Translations under genes and position numbers: made by a program | From: an uncultured Planctomycetia bacterium | GTDB taxonomy: Bacteria > Omnitrophota > Gorgyraeia > JABMRG01 | Assembly (NCBI GenBank): GCA_964634945.1 | Contig: CAZWMG010000001.1 | Span: forward strand, 2,405-66,404 | Direction of reading: 5' to 3' | Length of the DNA stretch: 64,000 nucleotides | The notes under the pieces: model-generated | Seen by the model: only the letters and a program-made list of their open reading frames with translations | The model's database searches: none | Told to the model about the DNA's origin: nothing | In this document: positions 19,301 to 27,659 of the stretch, piece after piece | Numbering within the stretch: position 1 is the first letter of the stretch | How the letters are laid out: each line of letters opens with the position of its first letter

Positions 19301-22300
19301 GGCAAAACGTAATGATGTATCAAGATAGGTCTTGTACTTTGATTCATCAGCCTCACCCGCTAACATTCTAGCATAAATGTTGTATCTATTGACTGTATGC
19401 GCTAGGATCTCACCTGCAACAGAAAGCAAGCCTACATTATTGTTGTATTTATACATAACATGCTCGTAGTTTTTGACGAATATAGCGGAAGCTCTTTTTC
19501 TTATATCCGCGTCAAAGCTAAATAGTAAGAGTCCGGTTATGGTATGGTCGTTTCCGAATAATCTGCGCCTTGACTCTAGAGTAACGAGCTTGTCCGTGTC
19601 TTTAGAAATTTGCATATTTATAATATTCCTTAAGCTTACTGTTTTTTCGTTTGGCCCATATATTGTATCAATAATTGAGAAGATAACTTTTTTATTCAGA
19701 TCTCGCAGGAATAACCTGAATTTAATGTAGAGCTTATCTTTTTTGGTAAAAGGTTCTTCAAAAGATGGTAGCCTTCCTTCACGATTTAAAAGATGGTCAA
19801 AACCTTTGTTAAGGAAAACAGGACTGGAAAGCACTTTAGCTATTTTGGCATTTGTGAGCTTATGACCATTATTTTTCTTGATATAGGTTATAAGTGTTTC
19901 AGCAAGGCCACCTATCTCTTTTTCCTTCCAGGAACTTTGAAGCAGTTTAGTTATCTGAATATTCTCTTTAATGCCTATTGATATAAGCTTATTAACCAGC
20001 CTGTCTATCTCATCTTCAGGCCGGGATGTTAAAAGTATGCTTGATATATAAACATCCTCTTCTATGCCTAGCGATCTGAGATTTTTTATTATCCGTTGTA
20101 TCTCCTCTACATCACGGTCAGACTGGAGTATCTTTGCAATGGTATGCCCGCCTTCTATTTTAAGCGCATTTAGCTTTTTGATTATTGTCTCTATTTCTCC
20201 ATCTTCGTGGGCACTCATCGTAACCATTTTAATGTAGGCGCCATTGTTTATGCCGTATGATGCTAAGATTTTTATAATAGATTCAATCTCTGATAGTGCG
20301 CGTGGACTCTGAAGCATCCTTGTAATATCTGTATTTGCAAATGTGAAGCTATCACCACTACGTAAAAGAAAAAGATAGCGGAATGTTTCTAGTCTATCCC
20401 CAAGTTTGCGTACCTTCGCTAATTTTTGCGCTTGTTTAACACTAAATAAGGGGGTTTCATCTCTTGAAATTTGGAGCAGTATTTTTTTCAATGCTGGTTT
20501 TATATCCTTTCTTAATACCCTCTTGCCATCTATGGTCAGAAATGCATCACGAATTTCCTTTAAAACCCGGTCTGCTTGGTCAGCGTTTCTCTGATCCTTA
20601 TTTCCTGAAATAAGCCCTGCCGACGATGACCTTGCGTATGAGTCTGCGTCCACGCGCTGGCCATATGCCCCTGCCTCCTGAGACAATAAATATGCTTCAG
20701 GCGCATATATCTCAGGGCCATATGCGTCGTCGTCACCATATAGATAATTGTTTAATGAAGGACTTTCTACCTTATCAGGTATAAAATGCGATAACGGAGT
20801 ATCCCCATTGTTGATTGACTGGTCCAGGCTCAAAGACTCTTTGCCGAGAGCATGTTTGATTGCCTCAATATTGTAACCCCTGTTGGTAAATTCTAAGTAA
20901 ATATCGTTGATAGTCGCCGGGTTTTGATACGTAAATTTAAATTCTTTTAAAAAAGCACTTATCTCTTGTTTGACTCTTTTTACACTTTCAGGTAAAGAAT
21001 TGTAGTGATTAGTCAGGCTTACAAATCGGAGTGAAGAATAGAGGTAGGTTTCAAAAGCTGACGGCCCGCTATCGCCTGTCATAGTGCCATGATAGATATT
21101 ATATTGAGCACTTACTCGCAGAAGGGTTTCCGCCGCGATAGAGATATTATCGTCGTCATGATACTGATCTAGTATGTAAGCAAAGTTTTCAACCAATTTA
21201 TCGCGAACCTGCTGTCTAATATTAGTGTCAAATGAAAAGAGCAAGAGTCCGGCGGTGACATGATCATCTTCAGATAGTTTTTGTTGTGATTGTAGAAGAT
21301 CACGTTTATCTTTGTCTTCGGTAATCCTCGCTTTTATATAAGCCTTTAGTGTTTTAGTCTTACCACTTTTTTCATATAGGGTATCTATAATGGAAAAGAT
21401 AGCTTTTTTATTAAGTTTTCGTAAGAACAGCCTGAATTCAATATACTTTTTATCAGTAAGAGGTCTTGCAAATGAAGGCAATTTACCTTTATGTTTATAG
21501 ATATATTCTAGCCCTTCTACCAGGTATGCTGGGTTGGCTACTAATTTAGCGATTAGAGAGTCTGGAAGTCCGTAACCATTGTTCTCTTTCGCGCAAAGCA
21601 TCAAGACCTTGGCGAGATCTATTATCTCCTTTTCAGTGCGCTTGCTACAAATCACCTTAGCGATATGGCCCTTATCTTCTATGCCCAGTCTTGTAAGTTT
21701 CTTTATAATTCTTTCAATCTCATCTTGGTTGCGTGAGCTATGAAGCATCAGGGCAAGATGAAAGTTGTTCATTATTCCCAGTGATCTAAGTTTTTCAATA
21801 AACGGCCCCAACTCCTCTCTTTTTCGCGCGCTTTGAATAATTATAGTGATATGATGAGGAGTTTTTATACCAAGCGATTTGAGTTTATTAGCAGTCTTTA
21901 CAATATCCTCCTTATTCCGAGAACACCCTAGTATGAGGCTGATATAAATATTCCTGTCTATGCCTAGTGTTCTAAGCCCATCGACGACATATCCTATATC
22001 TTCTATGCTGTGGGTTCCCCGCAGGATTAAGGTAATATCACGTGGATTTTTAATTTTGATATCTTCAAGGGCCTTGATAATCCGCTCTATGTCAATTTCT
22101 TTGCGTGAACTCTGAAGTATCTTAACTATCTGAAGGCTGTCCTTGATATTAAGAGACATAAGCTTATTTATGATCCTTGTCATCTCCTCTTCATCACGTG
22201 AACTTTTAAATGCCTCAGCTATATGAGCGCGATTTTGTATTTTTAGAGTAATAAGGGCTCTAATAAGAGACTCTATCTCTATCTCATCGCGCGAACATTT

Positions 22301-23323
22301 AAGAATAATGGCCTTATGAGCTTCTTCCTTCATGTTGAATGAGTTAAGTATTTTATCAATTGGCTTTAACTCTGTTCTGTCTCGGGAGCTTCCCAGGATA
22401 GAGACGATAAGTGTCTTATTTTCTATGCCTATAGCCCTAATCTCTTTTACGGTTTTTTCTATATTTTCGTCATCGCGTGAGGTCTGAAGTATCGTAACGG
22501 CATGAACGCTTTTATCCAGGCCTAAGGATACAAGTTTATCAAGAGTATTGACTATATCTTTTTTGGATCGTGAGCAACGCAGTATTTTGGATATATGGGA
22601 ATTGTTTTCTATCGAATGTGATCTTAGCTTCGTTATCAGTGGTTTTATGTCAGCTTCCTTACGAGAGCCCTGAACTATCACGGCAATATTTGTGCCTTTT
22701 TTAATATTTAGCGATTGAAGCTCTTTTACGATTCTTACTATTTCATCATTATCACGTGAACTCAGCAATATTTTGGCTATATGAGCACCATTTCTAATAT
22801 TAAATGCATGAAGCCTTCTAATGAGTGCTTCTATCTTTGTTTTATCGCGTGCACACTGAAGTGTCATAGCTATGTGTGAACCAGTAAACGTGAAATCTTT
22901 ATTATCACCATGCAGTATTAGATAGTTAAGGGTATTGAGCTTATCCTCGAGCTTACGTATACGTGATATCTGTTTTGCCTGCACTTTGGTAAAGAATGGC
23001 TTTTTGCCTCTGTTGAAATTTAGCAATATCTTTACAATATCAGCATCTATTTGGGCTCTTTTTATGATTTTACCATCAACGCTCTGTAGGAGAGCACGTA
23101 TTTTAGCTATTGTCTGGTCAACCCTTACTACATATTCTTGCTTTTTTTTGCCTGTTAAGAGTTCCAGATCTGCGTTTGTATTAAAAACACTTGCCATCGG
23201 CCTTAATGTGTCGGATTTGGACAGAAAATAGCAATCCCCTGCTATATAAAGATCTAGACTATTGCATAGCATAGCTAAAACAAGAAATATTATATACATT
23301 TTAAAATACTTTATTTTGTTCAT
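16379..23323 (-). CDS. giant exported protein 2: three tandem modules of 31-aa helical repeat array plus degenerate sigma-70 region 2-3
   Basis: 2314-codon ORF; signal peptide then LRPMAS; three homologous modules ending RSSSAG, KPSSSG and KSSSSG; ends IASAA. Confidence 0.9.
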   Translation of the reverse strand: MNKIKYFKMYIIFLVLAMLCNSLDLYIAGDCYFLSKSDTLRPMASVFNTNADLELLTGKKKQEYVVRVDQTIAKIRALLQSVDGKIIKRAQIDADIVKILLNFNRGKKPFFTKVQAKQISRIRKLEDKLNTLNYLILHGDNKDFTFTGSHIAMTLQCARDKTKIEALIRRLHAFNIRNGAHIAKILLSSRDNDEIVRIVKELQSLNIKKGTNIAVIVQGSRKEADIKPLITKLRSHSIENNSHISKILRCSRSKKDIVNTLDKLVSLGLDKSVHAVTILQTSRDDENIEKTVKEIRAIGIENKTLIVSILGSSRDRTELKPIDKILNSFNMKEEAHKAIILKCSRDEIEIESLIRALITLKIQNRAHIAEAFKSSRDEEEMTRIINKLMSLNIKDSLQIVKILQSSRKEIDIERIIKALEDIKIKNPRDITLILRGTHSIEDIGYVVDGLRTLGIDRNIYISLILGCSRNKEDIVKTANKLKSLGIKTPHHITIIIQSARKREELGPFIEKLRSLGIMNNFHLALMLHSSRNQDEIERIIKKLTRLGIEDKGHIAKVICSKRTEKEIIDLAKVLMLCAKENNGYGLPDSLIAKLVANPAYLVEGLEYIYKHKGKLPSFARPLTDKKYIEFRLFLRKLNKKAIFSIIDTLYEKSGKTKTLKAYIKARITEDKDKRDLLQSQQKLSEDDHVTAGLLLFSFDTNIRQQVRDKLVENFAYILDQYHDDDNISIAAETLLRVSAQYNIYHGTMTGDSGPSAFETYLYSSLRFVSLTNHYNSLPESVKRVKQEISAFLKEFKFTYQNPATINDIYLEFTNRGYNIEAIKHALGKESLSLDQSINNGDTPLSHFIPDKVESPSLNNYLYGDDDAYGPEIYAPEAYLLSQEAGAYGQRVDADSYARSSSAGLISGNKDQRNADQADRVLKEIRDAFLTIDGKRVLRKDIKPALKKILLQISRDETPLFSVKQAQKLAKVRKLGDRLETFRYLFLLRSGDSFTFANTDITRMLQSPRALSEIESIIKILASYGINNGAYIKMVTMSAHEDGEIETIIKKLNALKIEGGHTIAKILQSDRDVEEIQRIIKNLRSLGIEEDVYISSILLTSRPEDEIDRLVNKLISIGIKENIQITKLLQSSWKEKEIGGLAETLITYIKKNNGHKLTNAKIAKVLSSPVFLNKGFDHLLNREGRLPSFEEPFTKKDKLYIKFRLFLRDLNKKVIFSIIDTIYGPNEKTVSLRNIINMQISKDTDKLVTLESRRRLFGNDHTITGLLLFSFDADIRKRASAIFVKNYEHVMYKYNNNVGLLSVAGEILAHTVNRYNIYARMLAGEADESKYKTYLDTSLRFAYKRNFYSDLPKSLLPLRRYIRKYIMEFTLTHETEPSELSILYEFSKRGYEEESIMRAMGKSALSLDRAASNSNTPLMDLVPDQIENASLISAYLYDGGAAESTIYQQEAYLLSQEAGIYEQYEDIYAKPSSSGTLSIATTRPKEVVTVDQMLSRIHQLLQSVDGKTVLRKHINPIIVETLLRLSIGERLIFNESQAKKIAKLIKLERRLGIFRYLLLRNVSSDNIFTGSHIASILSTSRDKKEIERIIKTLKALGIEKSTHITTILYTSRKEKEIKDIVKKLYSLKIKNPTHIARILLSSRDEEEIERIVETLRILGIEENTHLSTILQSSRKEKEIKDIINKLYLLGIKDSVHIARALHSSRDEEEIERVIKLLKSLGIIKSSHLTAILQSARKEKEIERIIEMLRAHGIEENTHLSTILQSSRKEKEIKDIINKLYLLGIKDSVHIARALRSSRDEEEIERVIKLLRSLDIKDHGHISMVLRSSRDREEIKRIIKLLISLNIKENSHITTILYTSRKEKEIKDIVKKLYSLKIKNPTHIARILLSSRDEEEIVRIIKTLKALGMKKGVHITLILQSSRTEKEIELLAKILLDSTKDNNGHGFSDALVARLVANTDYLINGLEYIYKRRGELPSFKKPFTEDDEKYIEFRLLLRNIHQKVLFLIIDTLYKDSGKIRTLNSYIAKRVTEDVATLMPFLEKEKLSDQEHVTAGLLLFSFDANVRRKVRDKLIENYADTLSCYHDTDKFSIAAELLLRISTDFNVYHKMLLGEIGESDYRSYLFSSLRFVPVLHYYSAFPESLKRARKEIGIFIREYKLAHGTSPSSAEIDLAFVDRGYDTESIELALGKRPLSLDNTISNSNTSFIDIIPDAIENASLMSAYLYDSGAAEPAIYQQEAYLLSQEAGIYEQYEDIYAKSSSSGLSMPRSQEKALSNSEFNVDILPDKRENPSKSLPRVRELIRANASLKRIASAA
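16538..16688. repeat. 151-bp near-identical module-junction repeat (partner 18902-19052)
   Basis: Direct repeat at offset 2364 with 7 mismatches by eye; encodes ENASLxSAYLYD..QQEAYLLSQEAGIYEQYEDIYAKxSSSG. Confidence 0.9.
17519..18634 (-). repeat. coding tandem array, 12 x 93 bp (31 aa), module 3
   Basis: Consensus LGIxxxxHIxxILxSSRxExEIxxIIxxLxx; identical blocks 17646-17778 = 18390-18522 and 17944-18074 = 18223-18353. Confidence 0.92.
19886..20350 (-). repeat. coding tandem array, 5 x 31 aa, module 2
   Basis: e.g. LKIEGGHTIAKILQSDRDVEEIQRIIKNLRS, LGIEEDVYISSILLTSRPEDEIDRLVNKLIS. Confidence 0.88.
21596..22894 (-). repeat. coding tandem array, 14 x 31 aa, module 1
   Basis: e.g. FNIRNGAHIAKILLSSRDNDEIVRIVKELQS ... 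LGIEDKGHIAKVICSKRTEKEIIDLAKVLML. Confidence 0.9.
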
Positions 23324-23409
23324 AAAATAAAAACCCCTTGTTCTTCTATAGTAGCCTTTATGGCTTTTCTATATCGTATATTTTGGGGTTCTCTTGACTA
23401 ATTATTAGT

Positions 23410-23438
23410 AGTATACCGCATAAAACAACGAAAATCAA
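23410..23438 (-). promoter_or_regulatory. sigma70-type promoter of giant gene 2
   Basis: TTGATT-N17-TATACT on the minus strand, about 87 bp upstream of the ATG. Confidence 0.6.
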
Positions 23439-23481
23439 GCTTTTTTAGGAGTCTTTACTTTTTTTAGTTCTTTAGGCCTGA

Positions 23482-23565
23482 TCACAGATACATAATCGCG
23501 AATATCGCAAACCATACTAATAACAGCACTACAACCGCGACTTTTTTTGTGCTCTTTTTTATCAT
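23482..23565 (-). CDS. putative 27-aa single-TM peptide
   Basis: AAGG RBS-like; MIKKSTKKVAVVVLLLVWFAIFAIMYL*; below the ORF-track cutoff. Confidence 0.3.
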   Translation of the reverse strand: MIKKSTKKVAVVVLLLVWFAIFAIMYL

Positions 23566-23688
23566 CTTATTTACCTTTTACCTTGTTGTAATAATGTTAA
23601 ATTTTTGTGACAATCTAACTATATAACAAATATTAACACTATTATAAGCATTTAGCAAGGCAAAATTAGTTTTTTTGTACTATTTTTG

Positions 23689-23718
23689 AAAGGGGGTGCC
23701 CTGCAAGAGCACCCCCTT
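23689..23718 (-). terminator. intrinsic terminator
   Basis: AAGGGGGTGC-cctgcaaga-GCACCCCCTT hairpin downstream of the 23731 gene. Confidence 0.6.
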
Positions 23719-23730
23719 ATTTCTCTTTAT

Positions 23731-24276
23731 TTATCGGGTAAGCTTCGTAACTTTAGCGCCTTCAAGAGTGAGGTTATACATTAATCCCTTTGGATCAAAG
23801 ACAAAGGCTACTATCGGCTGATTTAGTTTTGATGTATCGATTGAGCCATCCGCTCCGATTGCTATTACCGCTACGGACGCGTCCGCTCCAATCTTCCAAT
23901 TTGTGCTATTGCGAAAATTTTCTAATGCTTTCTTATCCATAAAAGCTAAGATTATGGTTTTTTTCTGCGCGCCAAGTTGAAAACCAAATGACGCGGCCGC
24001 GGTACTGTAATAGTCAATTGATTTACCATCAATGACCAGCGCGCCTTCTCCGTATTCTCCACCGACAACAAAACCTGCCTTAAAGACCGATGGAAAGACA
24101 AGCAAACCATCTGCTCTATCTATTACTGATTGCCCGCCATTTACAGCCTTGAGCCTGTCTAGTGATTTTTCAACACCAACATTTATTGTTTCTGCTGTTA
24201 CAGCCTGTGCCATATCCGCTATTGAAAGTCCGGTAAATATTACGATTAGTGCGACGATTATTGTTTTGCATCTCAT
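23731..24276 (-). CDS. YSC84/SYLF lipid-binding domain protein
   Basis: LVFPSVFKAGFVVGGEYGEG, SFGFQLGAQ, KGLMYNLTLEGAK; likely start MRCKTII (ORF track extends to 24378). Confidence 0.85.
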   Translation of the reverse strand: MRCKTIIVALIVIFTGLSIADMAQAVTAETINVGVEKSLDRLKAVNGGQSVIDRADGLLVFPSVFKAGFVVGGEYGEGALVIDGKSIDYYSTAAASFGFQLGAQKKTIILAFMDKKALENFRNSTNWKIGADASVAVIAIGADGSIDTSKLNQPIVAFVFDPKGLMYNLTLEGAKVTKLTR

Positions 24277-24328
24277 GCTATGTTGTCCCCCTGTTTTTTT
24301 GCTGCGTTTTAGATAATACCTAATACAA

Positions 24329-24667
24329 TTATTCCAGGCTATCTTCACCCAAGTCCCCAACGCCATAATCCTGAACATTCAATTCTCTTTGAGCTGTACC
24401 ATAGCCATAGTCATCGGCAAATTCCGCAGAAGTGCCATATACCTCGTTACTATCAGCGATACTGCCTTCTATGTCGATAGCTGATTCTGAATCAACATCT
24501 CCCACCTCTTTACCCTGCTCTGTTATGGTGGGGCCAGAACTTATGTCAGTATCTGCGGTTGGATCATCCATCGCGTAGGTATACACGCAAATGAGCATTA
24601 CTGTTAATACTGCAAAAATATACCTCACTTTAATCCCCCTTTCTTGTGCCCTTCTTATATAAGTCAC
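24329..24667 (-). CDS. acidic exported hypothetical protein (likely start GTG ~24628)
   Basis: Signal-like VRYIFAVLTVMLICVYTYA then D/E-rich sequence. Confidence 0.5.
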   Translation of the reverse strand: MTYIRRAQERGIKVRYIFAVLTVMLICVYTYAMDDPTADTDISSGPTITEQGKEVGDVDSESAIDIEGSIADSNEVYGTSAEFADDYGYGTAQRELNVQDYGVGDLGEDSLE

Positions 24668-24721
24668 TATTAATCAGCCATAGCTGTATAGTCATTAACG
24701 CATGCGACCAGCGAAGGCTGA

Positions 24722-24797
24722 TGGTGGAGCTGAGGGGGATCGAACCCCTGGCCTCGTGATTGCGAACCACGCGCTCTCCCAGCTGAGCTACAGCCCC
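24722..24797 (-). tRNA. tRNA-Ala(CGC)
   Basis: GGGGCTGTAGCTCAGCTGGGAGAGCG-CGTGG-TT-CGC-AA-TCACG...GGTTCGATCC...CAGCTCCACCA; G3:U70 pair; encoded CCA. Confidence 0.97.
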
Positions 24798-24819
24798 ACA
24801 GGCCCAAGCCTCTGACTGA

Positions 24820-25788
24820 TTAAACAGCCTCTATGGTTGATGGGGGCTTGGTAGCTATGTTGTAGGTTACGCTTACCACGCCTGGAACACCTTTTAAAAT
24901 ACCATTAGCTAACTTACGAAGTTGATTATAAGGCAGATCTGTTGGCGTTGCTTCGCGTGCGTCTATACTATCCCAGCACCTAACCTCGATCTGAAGTCCA
25001 AAATCTCTCTTACCATTACGCATACCCGTAACCCTGTCCTGGTGAAGGATAGCCATGTATTGAAATGCCCCTGTATTTTTAAGCTCCTCCTCGACAATAG
25101 AGGTAGCCTTACGAATTACATCTACTCTTTCTCTTGTGACTTCACCGATTATTCTAGTAGCCAATGCCGGCCCTGGAAAAGGCGGACGGCTGTGAATGCT
25201 TTCAGGTAGGCCTAATGCTTCTGCCAGCACCCTTACGCTATCTTTACGCAGCTCTACCAGTGGCTCTATTATCTTGTAGCCGAATGCCTGCTGCGGGTCT
25301 ATGCCAAGCTGCTCAAAGACATTATGCTGTCTCTTTATTCCTGCTACTGTCTCGTCTATGTCCGTTAATATAGTGCCTTGCAAAAGATGCATTGCGCCAC
25401 TTTCCCGCACTAATCTTGCGAATATATCTTTATAAAATGTCTGTGTTACAGCCTCTCTCTTCTCTTCAGGGTCTGTTATGCCTTTAAAGGCATTGAAAAA
25501 CTCTTCCCGGGCATCAAGAATTTCAATATTTACGCCCTGCTGTTTGAAGATTTCCGCTATTTTCTGGGGCTCGCCTTCTCTCATTATGCCATTATCTACA
25601 AAATATGTCTTTAATCTATCGCCTAACGCCCTGTGCCCTAATATGGTGACTGCGGAAGAGTCAACCCCGCCTGAAAGCGCGTTTATGGCAATCCCATCAC
25701 CTGCTATGCTGGATATCTCTTTGACTTTCTCATCTATAAATACTTGGACATTTGATGAATTAAGCCTTACCTCTTGTACTGCCTCCAT
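24820..25788 (-). CDS. guaAB: GMP synthase ATP-pyrophosphatase subunit (stand-alone, no GATase domain)
   Basis: ALSGGVDSS PP-loop, DPEEKR, IKRQHNV, PFPGPALATR, KPPSTIE. Confidence 0.85.
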   Translation of the reverse strand: MEAVQEVRLNSSNVQVFIDEKVKEISSIAGDGIAINALSGGVDSSAVTILGHRALGDRLKTYFVDNGIMREGEPQKIAEIFKQQGVNIEILDAREEFFNAFKGITDPEEKREAVTQTFYKDIFARLVRESGAMHLLQGTILTDIDETVAGIKRQHNVFEQLGIDPQQAFGYKIIEPLVELRKDSVRVLAEALGLPESIHSRPPFPGPALATRIIGEVTRERVDVIRKATSIVEEELKNTGAFQYMAILHQDRVTGMRNGKRDFGLQIEVRCWDSIDAREATPTDLPYNQLRKLANGILKGVPGVVSVTYNIATKPPSTIEAV

Positions 25789-25820
25789 GTTTTACCCCCT
25801 TGTTTATTATAAAGGTATTA

Positions 25821-26624
25821 TTATGTTAATGGTATTTTTTTAATTTTGTGATGTGTGAGAGCCTTTCTTAGCTCTATTGCCTTCTTGTGACAAGCTACGT
25901 AAGTAGGCTCACTACCATCTACCCATGTCCCGCAGTTGGCATATATGCCATTAGGCATCTTGGCTAATTCACATCTATGGGTATGACCAAAGATGACTAT
26001 TTTAGCCCCATTTTCTATATGATTTAATACAGCTTTCTCAAACTCCCCAAAATGACCACCCCTATTTAAATATTCTTTTGACGCTGGGGTAACCTTGTTT
26101 TTTAACGAGGCTGCCTGCGCCAGAAACTCGTCAATATTTTCAAGAGCGTTTTTCATCCAGATATCAGTATCCGGGTGCAGGAATCTCTCCATGCCTGCCG
26201 CGAACAGGGCTATATGCCTGCCCTTTGGCCACTTGATGGACCTTAATTGATTTTTATAACGATTGAATATATCGTATTTATGGCCATGTTCACCGATAAT
26301 ACCGCATTCCTTATCATTATATTCTGTGGATATACCGAGTCCTAAATCAGTGAATTTTATAAAGGGTATATAATCGTGATTACCTATTACATATGTGACT
26401 TTTATCTTATTTCGCAGTTGTAATAGTTTTTTAATGACCTCATCATGGACAAATAATACTCTATCCAGATCAGACTGCCACAATTCCAGAAAATCTCCGA
26501 GTATGATCAACTCCGTGGCCTCATCTTCTGCATATTCAAGAAACCTTATCAGTTCCTTGTCGCGATGAAAATCATCGGTTCTTGAGCCATCCCCTAAATG
26601 GAGATCACTTATGAAAAGCTTCAT
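25821..26624 (-). CDS. LpxH-like metallophosphoesterase
   Basis: ISDLHLG, GD, GNHD, HGH, GHTH motifs. Confidence 0.8.
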   Translation of the reverse strand: MKLFISDLHLGDGSRTDDFHRDKELIRFLEYAEDEATELIILGDFLELWQSDLDRVLFVHDEVIKKLLQLRNKIKVTYVIGNHDYIPFIKFTDLGLGISTEYNDKECGIIGEHGHKYDIFNRYKNQLRSIKWPKGRHIALFAAGMERFLHPDTDIWMKNALENIDEFLAQAASLKNKVTPASKEYLNRGGHFGEFEKAVLNHIENGAKIVIFGHTHRCELAKMPNGIYANCGTWVDGSEPTYVACHKKAIELRKALTHHKIKKIPLT

Positions 26625-27139
26625 TTAGATGAAGCGAGCATCAGCATTGTCCATCCGCTGAGCATTAGGTTGATACCTACTAAGAGTCCAAGGACCCAGG
26701 ATACGCTGCTTGGCCAGCCTGCCCATATAATACCTGACAAGATAAGACTTGAGATGCCGCTTATAAGCACCCAGTTCCAGTTTTGCATTGGCTTAAGCCG
26801 TATCGCGACAGCTATCTTTATTATCCCCTGAAATGTGAATAGAATAGCCAATAAGAGTGTCAATGTGGCTACGCCTTGAATCGGGTACGCCAGAAACATG
26901 ATACCTATGGCAAGGTAGAATATACCGCTTAGTAATCTCAGGAAGCATTTGCCTGAATTAAGCGCGTTTAATGAGTGAGCTATAGTGACTATGCCGCTTA
27001 TAACAAATATCCATCCGAATATAGCCTCTATGGTAAGTGAGGCAGCCAGTGGAAGAGCTATCGCACCGGCACCTAAAAGTATCAATATGATACCCCCGCC
27101 TATAAAGCTTTTTTTCGTTTTTTCCGCAATATCTGACAT
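26621..27139 (-). CDS. HdeD family membrane protein
   Basis: Six TM; WPSSVSWVLGLLVGINLMLSGW. Confidence 0.85.
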   Translation of the reverse strand: MSDIAEKTKKSFIGGGIILILLGAGAIALPLAASLTIEAIFGWIFVISGIVTIAHSLNALNSGKCFLRLLSGIFYLAIGIMFLAYPIQGVATLTLLLAILFTFQGIIKIAVAIRLKPMQNWNWVLISGISSLILSGIIWAGWPSSVSWVLGLLVGINLMLSGWTMLMLASSK

Positions 27140-27222
27140 TTTTATACCCTCCTTTATGGTTGAGAAATAAATTAAATTATACTATATGTTACAATAGAGA
27201 GCTACGCTAAGTCAATTAAAAG

Positions 27223-27588
27223 TTACGAGGAATAGATAATCAGCGCGCCTAAGGCAATGGTAGCGCCCCCTAATAAGCGTAGGATAATGAGTGATTTCTC
27301 CTGCCACCAGTCAATATAGGCAAAGAGTGTTTCTTTGTTTATGGCGAGCAATAATACGCCCTTTATAATAGACCAGATACCTAAAAAGGTAACTAACCAT
27401 GTGATTCGGCACTCTGAAGCCGCCATTAAAAAGATAATTCCAACCGGTATCGCTATTAAGCCGCCTATCTTAAGGTAATTATTTTTTTTGCAAAGGGAGA
27501 AATAAATCCTAATAACCCTAGGCCTTACCAGGATAGCAATGCCAAAGGCCAAGGCAAGTATTCCAAAAATCAGGACAAATATTGTCAT
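27223..27588 (-). CDS. small membrane protein (DUF2065-like)
   Basis: Four hydrophobic helices. Confidence 0.65.
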   Translation of the reverse strand: MTIFVLIFGILALAFGIAILVRPRVIRIYFSLCKKNNYLKIGGLIAIPVGIIFLMAASECRITWLVTFLGIWSIIKGVLLLAINKETLFAYIDWWQEKSLIILRLLGGATIALGALIIYSS

Positions 27589-27659
27589 TTTTTACCCCCT
27601 TTCTTTTTTAATCACGCTTTAAGCTTACATAAAAGATAAAATTTTAATTTAGCGCATAG

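Noticed and set aside
17519-22894. 93-bp periodic repeats as a CRISPR array
   Set aside because: They are in-frame degenerate coding repeats with no constant repeat/unique spacer pattern, and there are no cas genes in the window.
6096-24797. Genomic island integrated at tRNA-Ala
   Set aside because: No integrase or transposase, and I found no duplicated tRNA 3' end.
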